Below are positions 1 to 9,450 of a stretch of DNA of 64,000 nt, in pieces (the stretch's first letter is position 1; every line of letters begins with the position of its first letter). The stretch is taken from the NCBI GenBank assembly GCA_035513335.1, contig DATKCE010000031.1:20971-84970 (forward strand). Reading direction: 5' to 3'. This DNA comes from Acidimicrobiia bacterium (GTDB lineage Bacteria; Actinomycetota; Acidimicrobiia; Spongiisociales; ZC4RG35). The notes under the pieces are model-generated. The model did not search any database. It was not told the origin of the DNA and saw nothing but the letters and a program-made list of their open reading frames with translations. The position numbers were made by a program, and so were the translations under genes.

Positions 1-12
1 GCATGCGGGAGG

Positions 13-201
13 TCAGGACTCGGTCGGGACTGCGGGCTCGTCGACCTCGGAGTCGGCCTCGGAGTCGGCCTCGGCGACGGCGCCCTTGCCCATGAGACGG
101 GCCTTCCACGCCTTGAAGGCGACGAGTACTCCTGCCGCTCCACCGAGAAGCGCCTGCAGGATGAGGCTTCCCGATCCGGCATCGAGGTATGCAAACAACA
201 T
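13..201 (-). CDS. small hypothetical membrane protein (one N-terminal TM helix, acidic C-tail)
   Basis: 62-aa ORF; hydrophobic N-terminus LILQALLGGAAGVLVAF followed by KAWKAR; repetitive acidic tail. No family recognised. Confidence 0.3.
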   Translation of the reverse strand: MLFAYLDAGSGSLILQALLGGAAGVLVAFKAWKARLMGKGAVAEADSEADSEVDEPAVPTES

Positions 202-276
202 CTTGTTCCTTCCCAGGGACGAGCGGACTTGACGCTAGCCACCATGATCGTCCTACACGAGTGACATGCCAACCCC

Positions 277-1251
277 TCAGACCCGATAGTGAGTCGTCCC
301 CTCGTGCTCGGAGGCGCGTATCCGCCCGATGAGGCGGAGATGCTCGAGATGGGACACCGTCTCCAGGAAGGCGAGGCGCGCCCCTACCGGGTCGAGGTTG
401 GGGCGAAACGACTGGGTCATCACGTTCCAGGCCGTCGTCTCGGAAGTGCGGACCAGGTCGGTCATGTCCCGTAGACGGCGATCGTGGTGGAGGAGGATCT
501 GTCTCGCCCTCTCGTCGCCTTGGTCGATGAGGGTGCCGTGGGCCGGGTAGGTCCGGCCGATCTCCAGCGCTATCAGCCTACGGAGGGAGTCGAGGTACTC
601 ACCCAGGGGGTCACCGATGTCAGTGTCATACATGATCACCGGGGAGATCCGGGGGAGCACGTGGTCTCCCGAGAAGAAGACTCCCGTGCGGGTGTCGCGC
701 AGGCAGATGTGGGCCGGCTCGTGGCCGGGCGTGTGTAACACCACCAGAGACCGACCCGTGCCCAGCGGGATCTCGTCGGCATCGGCCACGAGATGGTCAG
801 GCGGATCGATCAGCGGCATGTAGTCGGGTCGTCGGGTCCGGGTCGTGGCTTCGATCACCTGGTCGGGGACGCCGTGGGAACGGGCGATACCGGTCAGTCT
901 CCTGGCATACCCCGGGGTGTCGTTGTAGCGATCGACGAGTTTGGCGGCTCGTTCGTGCATGACGAAGCGGCATCCCAGCTCCCGCACCAGACGCGAGGCC
1001 ATGCCGACATGGTCGGGATGGAGGTGGGAGACGACAAGTGTGTGCACGGCAGACTCGTCGAGACCCAGGGACGTCAATCCCTCCCGCAGCGCGGACCGGC
1101 CCGGTTCCCAATCGGTGCCACAGTCGATTAGGAGCAGCCCGGTGTCGTCTTCGATCGCATAGGCATTGACCCAAGCCGGAGATTGGAAGGGAAGGGGCGC
1201 TGGGATCAGGTGGATCCCATCACCGAGTGACTGTGGCGATGGGATGGTCAC
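277..1251 (-). CDS. MBL-fold metallo-hydrolase
   Basis: HxHxDH motif (VVSHLHPDHVGM); later His/Asp ligands (HTPGHEPAH, GDHV). Probable GTG start overlaps the stop of the upstream membrane-protein gene (GTGA). The 549-aa track ORF merges two genes and is rejected. Confidence 0.8.
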   Translation of the reverse strand: MTIPSPQSLGDGIHLIPAPLPFQSPAWVNAYAIEDDTGLLLIDCGTDWEPGRSALREGLTSLGLDESAVHTLVVSHLHPDHVGMASRLVRELGCRFVMHERAAKLVDRYNDTPGYARRLTGIARSHGVPDQVIEATTRTRRPDYMPLIDPPDHLVADADEIPLGTGRSLVVLHTPGHEPAHICLRDTRTGVFFSGDHVLPRISPVIMYDTDIGDPLGEYLDSLRRLIALEIGRTYPAHGTLIDQGDERARQILLHHDRRLRDMTDLVRTSETTAWNVMTQSFRPNLDPVGARLAFLETVSHLEHLRLIGRIRASEHEGTTHYRV

Positions 1252-1922
1252 GCGGTCTTCGTCCCCGCCGTGCGTTTCTGCGCCCACCAGCTGCAGCCGA
1301 GAGCGACGATGAGGGTGGCGCCCACGACAGCCCCGGACCAGATCGCCATCCGGCCATATCCACCGACCTCTGCATGATCGAGGAACGGGTACGGGTAGGA
1401 GTCGCTGATTGCTCCGCGCACCAGGGCGTAGCCGAGGTAGAGCACGGGCGGGACCGTCCAGGACACGGCGCTTCTCACGCCTAGGAGAGCGGTGGGCGGG
1501 TGGGCCAGCCAATCGGCGAGGACCGCCGCCGGGCCCACCACGCGCAGGCTCCAATCGATCCATGGCTCGGTGGCCCCGGGGACGATTCCGGGAGAGGCCT
1601 GGAGCCAGACGAAGAGTATGACGGTCATTGTCATGGACACGGTGACGAGTCCCCGGAAGATGGCGAATCGCATCGACCCGCCGAGAGCGGGGCGGATGGC
1701 GTACATGAACAGCATCGCCATCGCCAGGATGTTGCTCAGGACGGTGAAGGAGCCGAGGAACTCGGTCGGCGGTGCCTGGCTGCGGCTCATGCCGACCGCC
1801 AGCCGACCGACCAAGGCCACACCGAGCAGGGAAGCCAGGGCGAGGCGAAGGGAACGAAGGGACGTCTCGCTCATGGGGCGGGGATGGTAAACGCGGATGG
1901 CGGCCCCAAACGGGGCCGCCAT
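1248..1922 (-). CDS. polytopic integral membrane protein, function unknown
   Basis: 224-aa ORF with ~6 hydrophobic helices; in a different frame from the MBL gene; 4-nt overlap suggests co-transcription. Confidence 0.55.
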   Translation of the reverse strand: MAAPFGAAIRVYHPRPMSETSLRSLRLALASLLGVALVGRLAVGMSRSQAPPTEFLGSFTVLSNILAMAMLFMYAIRPALGGSMRFAIFRGLVTVSMTMTVILFVWLQASPGIVPGATEPWIDWSLRVVGPAAVLADWLAHPPTALLGVRSAVSWTVPPVLYLGYALVRGAISDSYPYPFLDHAEVGGYGRMAIWSGAVVGATLIVALGCSWWAQKRTAGTKTA

Positions 1923-1944
1923 CCAATGGATAGGGGGTTTGGGG

Positions 1945-2226
1945 TCAGGCTGAGGGCGACTTCTTGGCGCCGCCGTAGATCAGGACCGCCACCGCCGCCA
2001 CGGCCACCTGGACGATGAGCCTGATCCAGTCGATGCCTGGGGTGTCGCTCCCTCCAAGGGCCTCGTAGGCGAATCCACCGACGATGGCGCCGACGGCACC
2101 CAGCACGATCGTCATCACGATCGAGACGTTCTGTTTCCCTGGCAGTACGAGACGTGCCAGAGGCCCGATGATGATCCCGGCCAAGAGACCCCAAATCAGA
2201 GTGCCCAATACATCTCCCACTTCCAC
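1945..2226 (-). CDS. GlsB/YeaQ/YmgE family stress-response membrane protein
   Basis: 93 aa with Gly-rich TM segments (WGLLAGIIIGPLARLVLPG ... GAVGAIVGGF) typical of this small family. Confidence 0.8.
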   Translation of the reverse strand: MEVGDVLGTLIWGLLAGIIIGPLARLVLPGKQNVSIVMTIVLGAVGAIVGGFAYEALGGSDTPGIDWIRLIVQVAVAAVAVLIYGGAKKSPSA

Positions 2227-2475
2227 CTCCTTACCGGCCGACAGGATTGGGTGACCCTACCGCGACGTGGACGTCGGGTGCCGGTCTCTTCGCGATATGC
2301 GGATGAGACGCGCTCGACTCTCCGTTATGCTTTGTCGTGGCGTCGGGAGATCCGGTGCCACGCCTGGCTTGTGCGCTCCCACCCGTCGGAGACTGCACAT
2401 GGCGATCGGCGGCTTTGGCCGACGATCGCGCAGACAGTCGGTGCAGTGAGTGTGACGGGATCCAAAGGAGCGAAA

Positions 2476-2730
2476 ATGGCAACCAATCTCTTCGTAGGGA
2501 ACCTTCCCTTCTCGACGAGCTCCTCGGAGCTGGAGGAGCTCTTCGGTCGATTCGGCGCAGTGTCCCGCGCCCAGGTGATCACCGATCGCGACACGGGGCG
2601 TTCCCGTGGCTTCGGTTTCGTCGAGATGGACTCCGACGACGAGGCGCAGCAGGCGATCGAGGCTCTGGACGGCTCCGATATCGACGGGCGCCAGATCAAG
2701 GTCAACGTGGCCCGGGAGCGCTCGCGCTGA
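2476..2730 (+). CDS. RNA-binding protein with a single RRM domain
   Basis: RNP2 LFVGNL and RNP1 RGFGFVEM motifs; 84 aa from ATG at 2476 inside the longer track ORF. Confidence 0.85.
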   Translation: MATNLFVGNLPFSTSSSELEELFGRFGAVSRAQVITDRDTGRSRGFGFVEMDSDDEAQQAIEALDGSDIDGRQIKVNVARERSR

Positions 2731-2743
2731 GCCTCTGACGGGC

Positions 2744-2968
2744 CTAACCGTGCTCGACGGGGTCCTTGATCCCGAAGGTGATGTCGAGTGTCACCGAGAA
2801 CACGGTGGGGGCTCCCGAAGAGTCGACCTCCCCGCCGACTTCGACGATCTCGAAGCGGTGGATGTCGGAGATGGTGCTGGCGGCGCGCGCCAGGACGGTA
2901 CGGACGGCATCCTCGATCGAGCCTCCGGCTGTGCCCGACAGTCTGATCGTCTTGGTTATCGATGACAT
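2744..2968 (-). CDS. dodecin family protein
   Basis: 74-aa ORF resembling dodecins (small flavin-binding, beta-alpha-beta-beta). Confidence 0.6.
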   Translation of the reverse strand: MSSITKTIRLSGTAGGSIEDAVRTVLARAASTISDIHRFEIVEVGGEVDSSGAPTVFSVTLDITFGIKDPVEHG

Positions 2969-2981
2969 GTGGAGCGAGAAG

Positions 2982-3869
2982 CTAGCGGGTCGGAGCTATC
3001 GCTGAGGCGACGGAGGCGGCACCACCGCCGAGCAGCAGCGTGTAGTGGTTGACCCCGGGGAGGTACTCCATGCTCACATTGGGGTTCGAGGCGACCAGGT
3101 CCTCGGCGGCTTTGCGGGGGATCATCCCCCCGGGCTGGTCGAGGGTCCCTCGCTCCACCACGATGACGTGGGTGGGAACTTCGAGGGCGGCTGCCGCTCG
3201 GTTCGCCTCGGTCCCCACGGTGATCTCCCGGGCCCCGACCTCGATGGCGGTGGCGTTCGCCGTCACCTCGAAGCGGTCTTCTTTGGGTACGAGCTCGTGG
3301 CCGAGGGCTTGTCTCATCGAGTCGTCCCAGTGGCTCTCGAAGGCAGGGTGGCTCTTCCAGTGGTCGAAGAACGCGTCTTCGCTGTCGAAGCCCATCTCGA
3401 GTCGTCGTAGCGAGGGGCCGACGATCGAGTCGATGATCTCCTCGGGATCGGCGTCGGGATCGCGCGGGATGGGCAGCCCGCCGTCGACCAGGACCATCCG
3501 CTCCACGCGGTCGGCATGGTTGGCCCCAAACAGGGCAGCGACCCAGCCGCCCATCGAGTAACCGGCGACGATGCCGCGAGCGGTGTCGAGGTGGTCGAGC
3601 GCTCGGGCGATGTCGTCGGCCACGGTGGTCAGATCGTATGGCGGCGGGGCGTCGGCGCTGCCGGCGCGGCCCCTCACGTCGAGGGCGATTATCCCCAACC
3701 CGGGAGGCAGGTGCTCGATCACCGCCCCCCACCAGCGGGAGTTGCCGGAGAGCCCGTGAAGCAGCACCACAGTGCCGGCGTCCTGCGTCGATGGCCGGTA
3801 CCACGCATTGATGTGGCCCCCCGGGATCGGGATCGAGACGTCGCGCATCCATCGGAATGTAGCCGTCAA
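2982..3869 (-). CDS. alpha/beta hydrolase fold protein
   Basis: HGLSGNSRWW oxyanion region and nucleophile elbow GYSMGG; 295 aa. Confidence 0.8.
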   Translation of the reverse strand: MTATFRWMRDVSIPIPGGHINAWYRPSTQDAGTVVLLHGLSGNSRWWGAVIEHLPPGLGIIALDVRGRAGSADAPPPYDLTTVADDIARALDHLDTARGIVAGYSMGGWVAALFGANHADRVERMVLVDGGLPIPRDPDADPEEIIDSIVGPSLRRLEMGFDSEDAFFDHWKSHPAFESHWDDSMRQALGHELVPKEDRFEVTANATAIEVGAREITVGTEANRAAAALEVPTHVIVVERGTLDQPGGMIPRKAAEDLVASNPNVSMEYLPGVNHYTLLLGGGAASVASAIAPTR

Positions 3870-4915
3870 CCGTGGAGCTGCTCGCCTCCGACGTAGGTGG
3901 CGACAACGTCGAGATCCTCGTTCAGGACGACCACGTCGGCCCGGCCACCAACCTCGAGGCTTCCCCTCCGTCCCAGTCCCAGGGCCCGGGCCGGATTGCG
4001 AGTGGCACAGAGCAAAGCCTCGTCGAGGCCGGCCGAGGTGGACGCGACCAGATGGGCCATCGCCCGGGTCAGTGTGACGACACTCCCGGCCAGGCGCCCA
4101 TCGCTGGTGCGGGGCCCGTCATCACCCACCGTGATCGGCCCGTCCCCCAGCGGATATGTGCCCGGCCCCAACCCGAGCGCCGCCATGGCGTCGGTGGCCA
4201 GGATGGTGCGCTCGGGCCCGAGCACCCGCCAGGCGACCTCCAGGATCGCCGCGGCCACGTGGATTCCGTCGGCTATGAGGAGACAGTGTGATGACGAGGT
4301 CAGTGCGGCGCCGACGACTCCCGGCTCGCGGTGTCCCATTGGGCTCATCTGGTTGAACAGATGAGTGACCGTCGAGGCGTAGCCGGCGAGGGCTTCCCTG
4401 GCAATGTCGTGGTCGGCAGCGGTGTGCCCGAGGGAAACGACGACACCGGATTCCGCCAGAGCCATGCCCACCTCGGTGGCGCCGGGCAGTTCCGGGGCGA
4501 GAGTGACCATGCGGACCAACCCGGAGCTCGCCCAGCGCTGCGCCGTGAGCAGGTCAGGTTCGACTATGTGCTCCGGGTTGTGGGCGCCGTGCATGCGTGG
4601 CGATATCCACGGCCCCTCGAAATGCAGCCCGAGGACCTCCGCTCCCCGGTAGTCGGATGGTCGTCGGTTGGCGACCACGTCCATGGCGAGATCGGTGACT
4701 TCGTTCGGTGAGGTGACGATCGTGGGAGTGAACCCGGTGACTCCGAGCTCGGGGAGTAGCCGACCGACCTCCCAGATCGTGGTGGGATCCTGGGTGAAGT
4801 CGTGGCCGAAAGCGCCGTTGATCTGGAGGTCGATTAGACCCGGTGCGACGATGTGCCCGCCGGCGTCGACCGTCGGCCCTCCCAGGCGGTCAGCGACGAG
4901 AACTCCATCTGCCAT
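3866..4915 (-). CDS. nagA: N-acetylglucosamine-6-phosphate deacetylase
   Basis: amidohydrolase signature GLIDLQINGAFGHDF plus downstream metal-ligand His/Asp. Start taken at Met31 (MADGVLV) of the track ORF; 4-nt overlap with the upstream gene. Confidence 0.85.
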   Translation of the reverse strand: MADGVLVADRLGGPTVDAGGHIVAPGLIDLQINGAFGHDFTQDPTTIWEVGRLLPELGVTGFTPTIVTSPNEVTDLAMDVVANRRPSDYRGAEVLGLHFEGPWISPRMHGAHNPEHIVEPDLLTAQRWASSGLVRMVTLAPELPGATEVGMALAESGVVVSLGHTAADHDIAREALAGYASTVTHLFNQMSPMGHREPGVVGAALTSSSHCLLIADGIHVAAAILEVAWRVLGPERTILATDAMAALGLGPGTYPLGDGPITVGDDGPRTSDGRLAGSVVTLTRAMAHLVASTSAGLDEALLCATRNPARALGLGRRGSLEVGGRADVVVLNEDLDVVATYVGGEQLHG

Positions 4916-5035
4916 GTGCAGGTCTCGCCGTGAGCCCGAGGCGAGCCGTCCGCCCTGGATGGTGGTCACGGTGCCGAGTGTGGGCCCGGGGCGGAGGGGG
5001 CGCAACTAGACCTGAACCTGTCCTATCTTCTGGGC

Positions 5036-5917
5036 ATGCGGATCGTGGCGGTCCTCGTTGCGACAGTGGCCCTGGCGGCGTGCACAGCCGGCTCCGATGC
5101 GGGACCGGTGACTTCGACGGTGACAGGCGAGACGACGATGGCTCCCACCACCACGACCACCACCGCCCCGGCGACCACCACCACTATCATTCCCACTACC
5201 ACGACCACGAACCGGTTCGCCCGCCCCGAATGGTTGGGCACACGTCCCCTTCCGCTACGTCCCGATGGCCACGGCGAGACCGAGCCCACACCGGACGAGC
5301 TGGTGGACCGTCGACTGGCCACCATCGACCTGCTGGATCCGCCCGCGTCGTCGCGGTTCGAGAGCACCATCGAGCTGCTACCCCCCGATGTCCTGGTCCG
5401 CTCCAGCTGGCGGGACGATTGTCCCGTGGGGGTGGATGACCTGCGCTACCTGACCGTGAGCCACTATGGCTTCGACGGGGAGTTCCACACCGGAGAGATG
5501 ATCGTCAACGTCGCCGTGGCTGAAGACGTGGTCGACGTCTTCGCCAGACTCCACGAGGCGCGATTTCCCATCGAGCAGATGCGGGTGATCCGTGCGGACG
5601 AGATCGACGATCATCCCACCGGAGACTGGAACGAGACCACGTCGTTCGTCTGTCGACCCGCGGTGGGCTCGTCGAATTGGTCACAGCATGCCTTTGGCCT
5701 GGCCATCGACGTCAATCCCTTCCACAATCCCTATCTCAAGGGAGATCTGGTGATCCCGGAACTGGCCTCGGCCTACACCGACAGGGACCACGTGAGACCG
5801 GGCATGCTCGTCGATGGTGACGTCGTGGTGGAGGCCTTCGCCGAGATCGGCTGGACCTGGGGCGGCGACTGGAACAGCCTCAAGGACTGGATGCACTTCT
5901 CCCTGACCGGCCGGTAG
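5036..5917 (+). CDS. peptidase M15 family (D-Ala-D-Ala carboxypeptidase-like) lipoprotein
   Basis: Signal peptide with lipobox LAAC; Thr-rich linker; zinc-ligand motifs SQHAFGLAIDVNP and WGGDWNSLKDWMHF typical of the VanY/M15 family. Confidence 0.8.
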   Translation: MRIVAVLVATVALAACTAGSDAGPVTSTVTGETTMAPTTTTTTAPATTTTIIPTTTTTNRFARPEWLGTRPLPLRPDGHGETEPTPDELVDRRLATIDLLDPPASSRFESTIELLPPDVLVRSSWRDDCPVGVDDLRYLTVSHYGFDGEFHTGEMIVNVAVAEDVVDVFARLHEARFPIEQMRVIRADEIDDHPTGDWNETTSFVCRPAVGSSNWSQHAFGLAIDVNPFHNPYLKGDLVIPELASAYTDRDHVRPGMLVDGDVVVEAFAEIGWTWGGDWNSLKDWMHFSLTGR

Positions 5918-5926
5918 GAAAACGAT

Positions 5927-5963
5927 GGGGGGGGGGCAGCTGTCGCCCGACCGGCGTCTGTTT
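5927..5963. repeat. upstream copy of the imperfect direct repeat flanking dnaE2 (G10 tract + CAGCTG-N4-CCGACCGGCGTCTGTT)
   Basis: G10 at 5927..5936, then CAGCTGTCGCCCGACCGGCGTCTGTT; matches 9451..9476 at 22 of 26 positions. Confidence 0.6.
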
Positions 5964-6068
5964 GAGCGAGCCATCGAGCTGGTGGCGCTGGTACTGAACT
6001 GAGCGGTGTTCCCGCGGCGCGGGCACGAGGTGTCTTGGGACCATGCTCAAAGTCGGGCGACACTATAC

Positions 6069-6082
6069 CGAACATATGTTCG
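6069..6082 (+). promoter_or_regulatory. LexA/SOS box (Cheo-box type) overlapping the dnaE2 start
   Basis: perfect 14-bp palindrome CGAACATATGTTCG (GAAC-N4-GTTC core); one mismatch from TCGAAC-N4-GTTCGA; encloses the in-frame ATG at 6076. Confidence 0.6.
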
Positions 6083-9000
6083 ATATAGTGGGGTGGGTGG
6101 CCCGATACGCCGAGCTCCACTGTCATACCAACTTCTCCTTCCTCGACGGGGCATCGCACCCGGAGGACCTGGTGCAGCGGGCGATGGACCTGGGCTATGA
6201 GGCGCTGGCGGTGACCGACCACAACGGTTTCTACGGAACCTCGCGGTTGTGGCAGGCGGCCAAGGAGACGGGGCTGGCGGTCATCTACGGGGTGGAGATC
6301 TCATTGGAGGCCGACCCCGGCGGTGACCCCAACCCCGTCTCTGGTGCCGAGGAGTGGGACCGGAAGCGTCATGCCCGGAGCAAAGGTGGCCAGGGCCGGT
6401 TGCGGCGGGGTCGATCGATTCGCTCCCACGGTGTCAAGCCGACCCGTCTACCCGAATCGGATCACCTGGTGCTGCTGGCGGGGTCCCCCGACGGCTACCG
6501 GACTCTCTCTCATCTCGTCACCAAGGCGCAGATGCGGGGAGAGAAGGACCATCCGGTCTACACCTGGGACGACCTCGCCGTGGCCGCCACCAACCGGGAC
6601 GTCCACGCCCTCACGGGCTGCCGTCATGGTGCGGTACCCAAGGCGACCTCCGAAGGCCTGGTCGCGGTGGTGAGGGAGACCTCCCGGCTGCGTGAGATGT
6701 TCGGTCCCCGGCTCCACATGGAGTTGTGGCATCACGGCATGCCCGAGGACGACTCCCGCAACGACATGATCTGGGAGGTGGGTCGGAAGCTGGGTGTCTC
6801 GACGGTGGCCACCAACCAGGTGCACTATCACGACCGCTCCGACGCCGACCTGTCCGAGGTGCTGGCCGCGATCGGCGGCCGGAGGACACTGGCCGAGGCC
6901 GATGGGTTCCGGCCGGCCACAGACGAGCGCTACCTGAAGCATCCCAAGGAGATGGAATGGCGATTCTCCCGCTATCCGGGGGCGGTGGAGCGCAGCGCAG
7001 AGCTGGGCCGACGGCTCGCCTTCGACCTGGCCCTGGTGGCCCCCCGGCTTCCGGACTTCCCCATGCCGGGGCATTTCCGCGACGAGATGGGCTATCTCCG
7101 CCATCTCACCTGGGAGGGGGCGAGAGAGATCTATCCAGGATCGGGCCACGGCGTCGCCCCGGCCGCTCGCCGCCGTCTCGAGTACGAGCTCGACATCATC
7201 GAGAGGCTGGGGTTCCCCGGTTACTTTCTGGTGGTCAAGGATCTCGTCGACTTCTCCAGGGAGCAGGGGATCTATTGCCAGATCAGAGGGTCGGGGGCCG
7301 ATTCGGCGGTGTGTCATTGCATCGGGCTGACCCGGGTCGATCCGATCAGGCTCCAACTCCCGTTCGAGCGGTTCCTCTCGGAGGAGAGGGGAAAACCACC
7401 CGACATCGACGTCGACTTCGAGGCAGACCGTCGCGAGGAGGTGATCCAGTATTGCTACCGGCGTTACGGAAGAGAACGGGCGGCGATGGTGGCCAATGTC
7501 ATCACCTACCGAGCCCGGTCGGTGCTCCGTGACGTGGCCAAGACGTTCGGCTTCACCCAGGCTCAGGTCGACGGCTTGTCGAAGTACGTCGACAGCCACG
7601 ATCCGGCCCAATTGCGTGACATGGACATCTCGTTGCCCGAAGGGATCACCTCCGAGATGATCTACGACATCTGCTGGCGGCTCGACGGCTTTCCCCGACA
7701 CCTCGGCATCCACTCCGGGGGAATGGTGATAGCCGACCGGCCCCTCTGGCAGGTGGTGCCACTCGAGTGGGGGCGGATGGAAGGTCGCACGGTCATCCAG
7801 TGGGACAAGGACGACTCGGCCGCGGTGGGCATCGTCAAGTTCGACCTGCTCGGCCTGGGGATGCTCAACGCCCTCCACCTGGCCACCGACCTGGTCGAGG
7901 AGACCCATGGTGTCGAAATCGACCTGGCCCGGATCGCCCAAGAGCCGGCGATATACGAGTCGATGACTCGAGCCGACACCGTTGGCCTGTTCCAGATCGA
8001 GTCGCGTGCCCAGATGGCCACCTTGCCCAAGATGAAGCCGAAGACCTTCTACGACCTGGCCGTCGAGGTGGCACTGATCCGGCCGGGCCCGATCCAGGGT
8101 CAGTCGGTCCACCCTTACCTGCGGCGACGCAATGGTGAGGAGCCGGTTCGCTACCCGCATCCGACCACTGAGCCGATCCTGGAGAAGACCCTCGGCGTGC
8201 CCATCTTCCAGGAGCAACTCATGGAACTGGCCCGGGTCTGCGCCGGTTTCGACGGCTCCCAGGCCGACCGGCTCCGCCAGGCCATGACTCACAAGCGATC
8301 AGCCGAGGCGATGAGCAGACTGCGCGACGAGGTGTATGCCGGGATGGCGTCGAACGGGATCACCGGTCCCGCGGCCGACGAGATCTGGGAGAAACTGCAG
8401 GGTTTCTCGAGCTTTGGCTTCCCGGAGAGCCACTCGGTGAGCTTCGCCTACATCGTGTACATGTCGGCTTGGCTCCGCTTCCACTATCCGGCCGAGTACC
8501 TGGCAGGTCTGCTCAACGCCCAGCCCATGGGCTTCTACAGTCCGAATTCCCTGGTCCAGGATGCGCAACGGCACGGAGTGGTAGTGCTCGCGCCATGCGT
8601 CAACCTCTCTTGGCACGATTGCACGATCGAACCGGTGGACACCGATCCCGACGACGTGGTCTCTCATCTCGGCCAGGAGTGGCGGCGGGGGAGGGGCCAC
8701 GTCGCCGACCCGCTTCGCCCTGCGGTGGCGGTACGCATGGGTCTCCGCTACGTCCGCAACCTGGGGGAGAGGGAGATCACCCGGATCGAGGCGGCCAGAA
8801 TCCTGGGCGGCGAGTTCAGCTCACCGGAGGACCTGGCCTCTCGCTCCGGTCTCGATGTGGCGGCGCTGGAGGGTCTGGCCGCGTCGGGAGCGCTCGGATC
8901 GGTGGGTCTGGGCCGACGCGAGGGTCTGTGGGCCGCTGGTGCGCTGGCCGAGATCGACCCTGAGCGGCTCGCACTGTCTCCGGGGGTGGATGCGCCCACC

Positions 9001-9414
9001 CTGCCGGGGATGACCGATGAGGAGAGCCATCGGGCCGATCTCTGGTCGACATCGGTGTCCACACGGCATCCGATGAGTTTCGTTCGGGATCGGCTCGATG
9101 GCTGTCTCACCGCGGCGGAGGCTCTCGAGGTGCGTCACAACCGGGCCCGGGTCAAGGTGGCCGGAGTGGTCACCCACCGACAGCGGCCCGGGACGGCGCG
9201 CGGTGTCTATTTCCTCAATCTGGAGGATGAGACCGGTCTTCTCAACATCGTGGTGCTCCCCGACGTGTGGGCCCGGCACCGTCGCGTCGTGCGCAAGAGC
9301 CCCGCCCTGGTGATCCATGGCCGTCTCGAGTACCACGACGGGGTCACCAACATCGTCGCCCGTGCCTTCGAACCGATCGGGGTGCAAACGGTCCGGTCAC
9401 GGGATTTCAGGTGA
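6076..9414 (+). CDS. dnaE2: error-prone DNA polymerase (DNA polymerase III alpha-subunit paralogue)
   Basis: PHP-domain start YAELHCHTNFSFLDGAS, polymerase core and OB-fold C-terminus. Track ORF starts at 6043; ATG 6076 and GTG 6088 are alternative starts. A basic low-complexity insert (EADPGGDPNPV...RSKGGQGRLRRGRS) lies in the PHP domain. Confidence 0.9.
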   Translation: MFDIVGWVARYAELHCHTNFSFLDGASHPEDLVQRAMDLGYEALAVTDHNGFYGTSRLWQAAKETGLAVIYGVEISLEADPGGDPNPVSGAEEWDRKRHARSKGGQGRLRRGRSIRSHGVKPTRLPESDHLVLLAGSPDGYRTLSHLVTKAQMRGEKDHPVYTWDDLAVAATNRDVHALTGCRHGAVPKATSEGLVAVVRETSRLREMFGPRLHMELWHHGMPEDDSRNDMIWEVGRKLGVSTVATNQVHYHDRSDADLSEVLAAIGGRRTLAEADGFRPATDERYLKHPKEMEWRFSRYPGAVERSAELGRRLAFDLALVAPRLPDFPMPGHFRDEMGYLRHLTWEGAREIYPGSGHGVAPAARRRLEYELDIIERLGFPGYFLVVKDLVDFSREQGIYCQIRGSGADSAVCHCIGLTRVDPIRLQLPFERFLSEERGKPPDIDVDFEADRREEVIQYCYRRYGRERAAMVANVITYRARSVLRDVAKTFGFTQAQVDGLSKYVDSHDPAQLRDMDISLPEGITSEMIYDICWRLDGFPRHLGIHSGGMVIADRPLWQVVPLEWGRMEGRTVIQWDKDDSAAVGIVKFDLLGLGMLNALHLATDLVEETHGVEIDLARIAQEPAIYESMTRADTVGLFQIESRAQMATLPKMKPKTFYDLAVEVALIRPGPIQGQSVHPYLRRRNGEEPVRYPHPTTEPILEKTLGVPIFQEQLMELARVCAGFDGSQADRLRQAMTHKRSAEAMSRLRDEVYAGMASNGITGPAADEIWEKLQGFSSFGFPESHSVSFAYIVYMSAWLRFHYPAEYLAGLLNAQPMGFYSPNSLVQDAQRHGVVVLAPCVNLSWHDCTIEPVDTDPDDVVSHLGQEWRRGRGHVADPLRPAVAVRMGLRYVRNLGEREITRIEAARILGGEFSSPEDLASRSGLDVAALEGLAASGALGSVGLGRREGLWAAGALAEIDPERLALSPGVDAPTLPGMTDEESHRADLWSTSVSTRHPMSFVRDRLDGCLTAAEALEVRHNRARVKVAGVVTHRQRPGTARGVYFLNLEDETGLLNIVVLPDVWARHRRVVRKSPALVIHGRLEYHDGVTNIVARAFEPIGVQTVRSRDFR

Positions 9415-9450
9415 TATGGCCGGCCAGTCGTACACCTACAGCGGGCGCGG

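Noticed and set aside
277-1926. 549-aa single ORF on the minus strand
   Set aside because: It merges an MBL hydrolase with the stop-overlapping upstream membrane-protein gene, which is in a different frame (1248..1922). The N-terminal 220 aa are an Arg/Pro/Gly-rich GC-frame artefact.
6448-8292. 614-aa antisense ORF inside dnaE2, and similar long antisense ORFs inside lhr (28306..29937, 28391..30133, 30641..32338) and the nagA/alpha-beta-hydrolase region (2956..3906)
   Set aside because: These are typical high-GC shadow ORFs: Arg/Pro/Gly/His-rich, no motifs, fully overlapped by strongly supported genes on the other strand.
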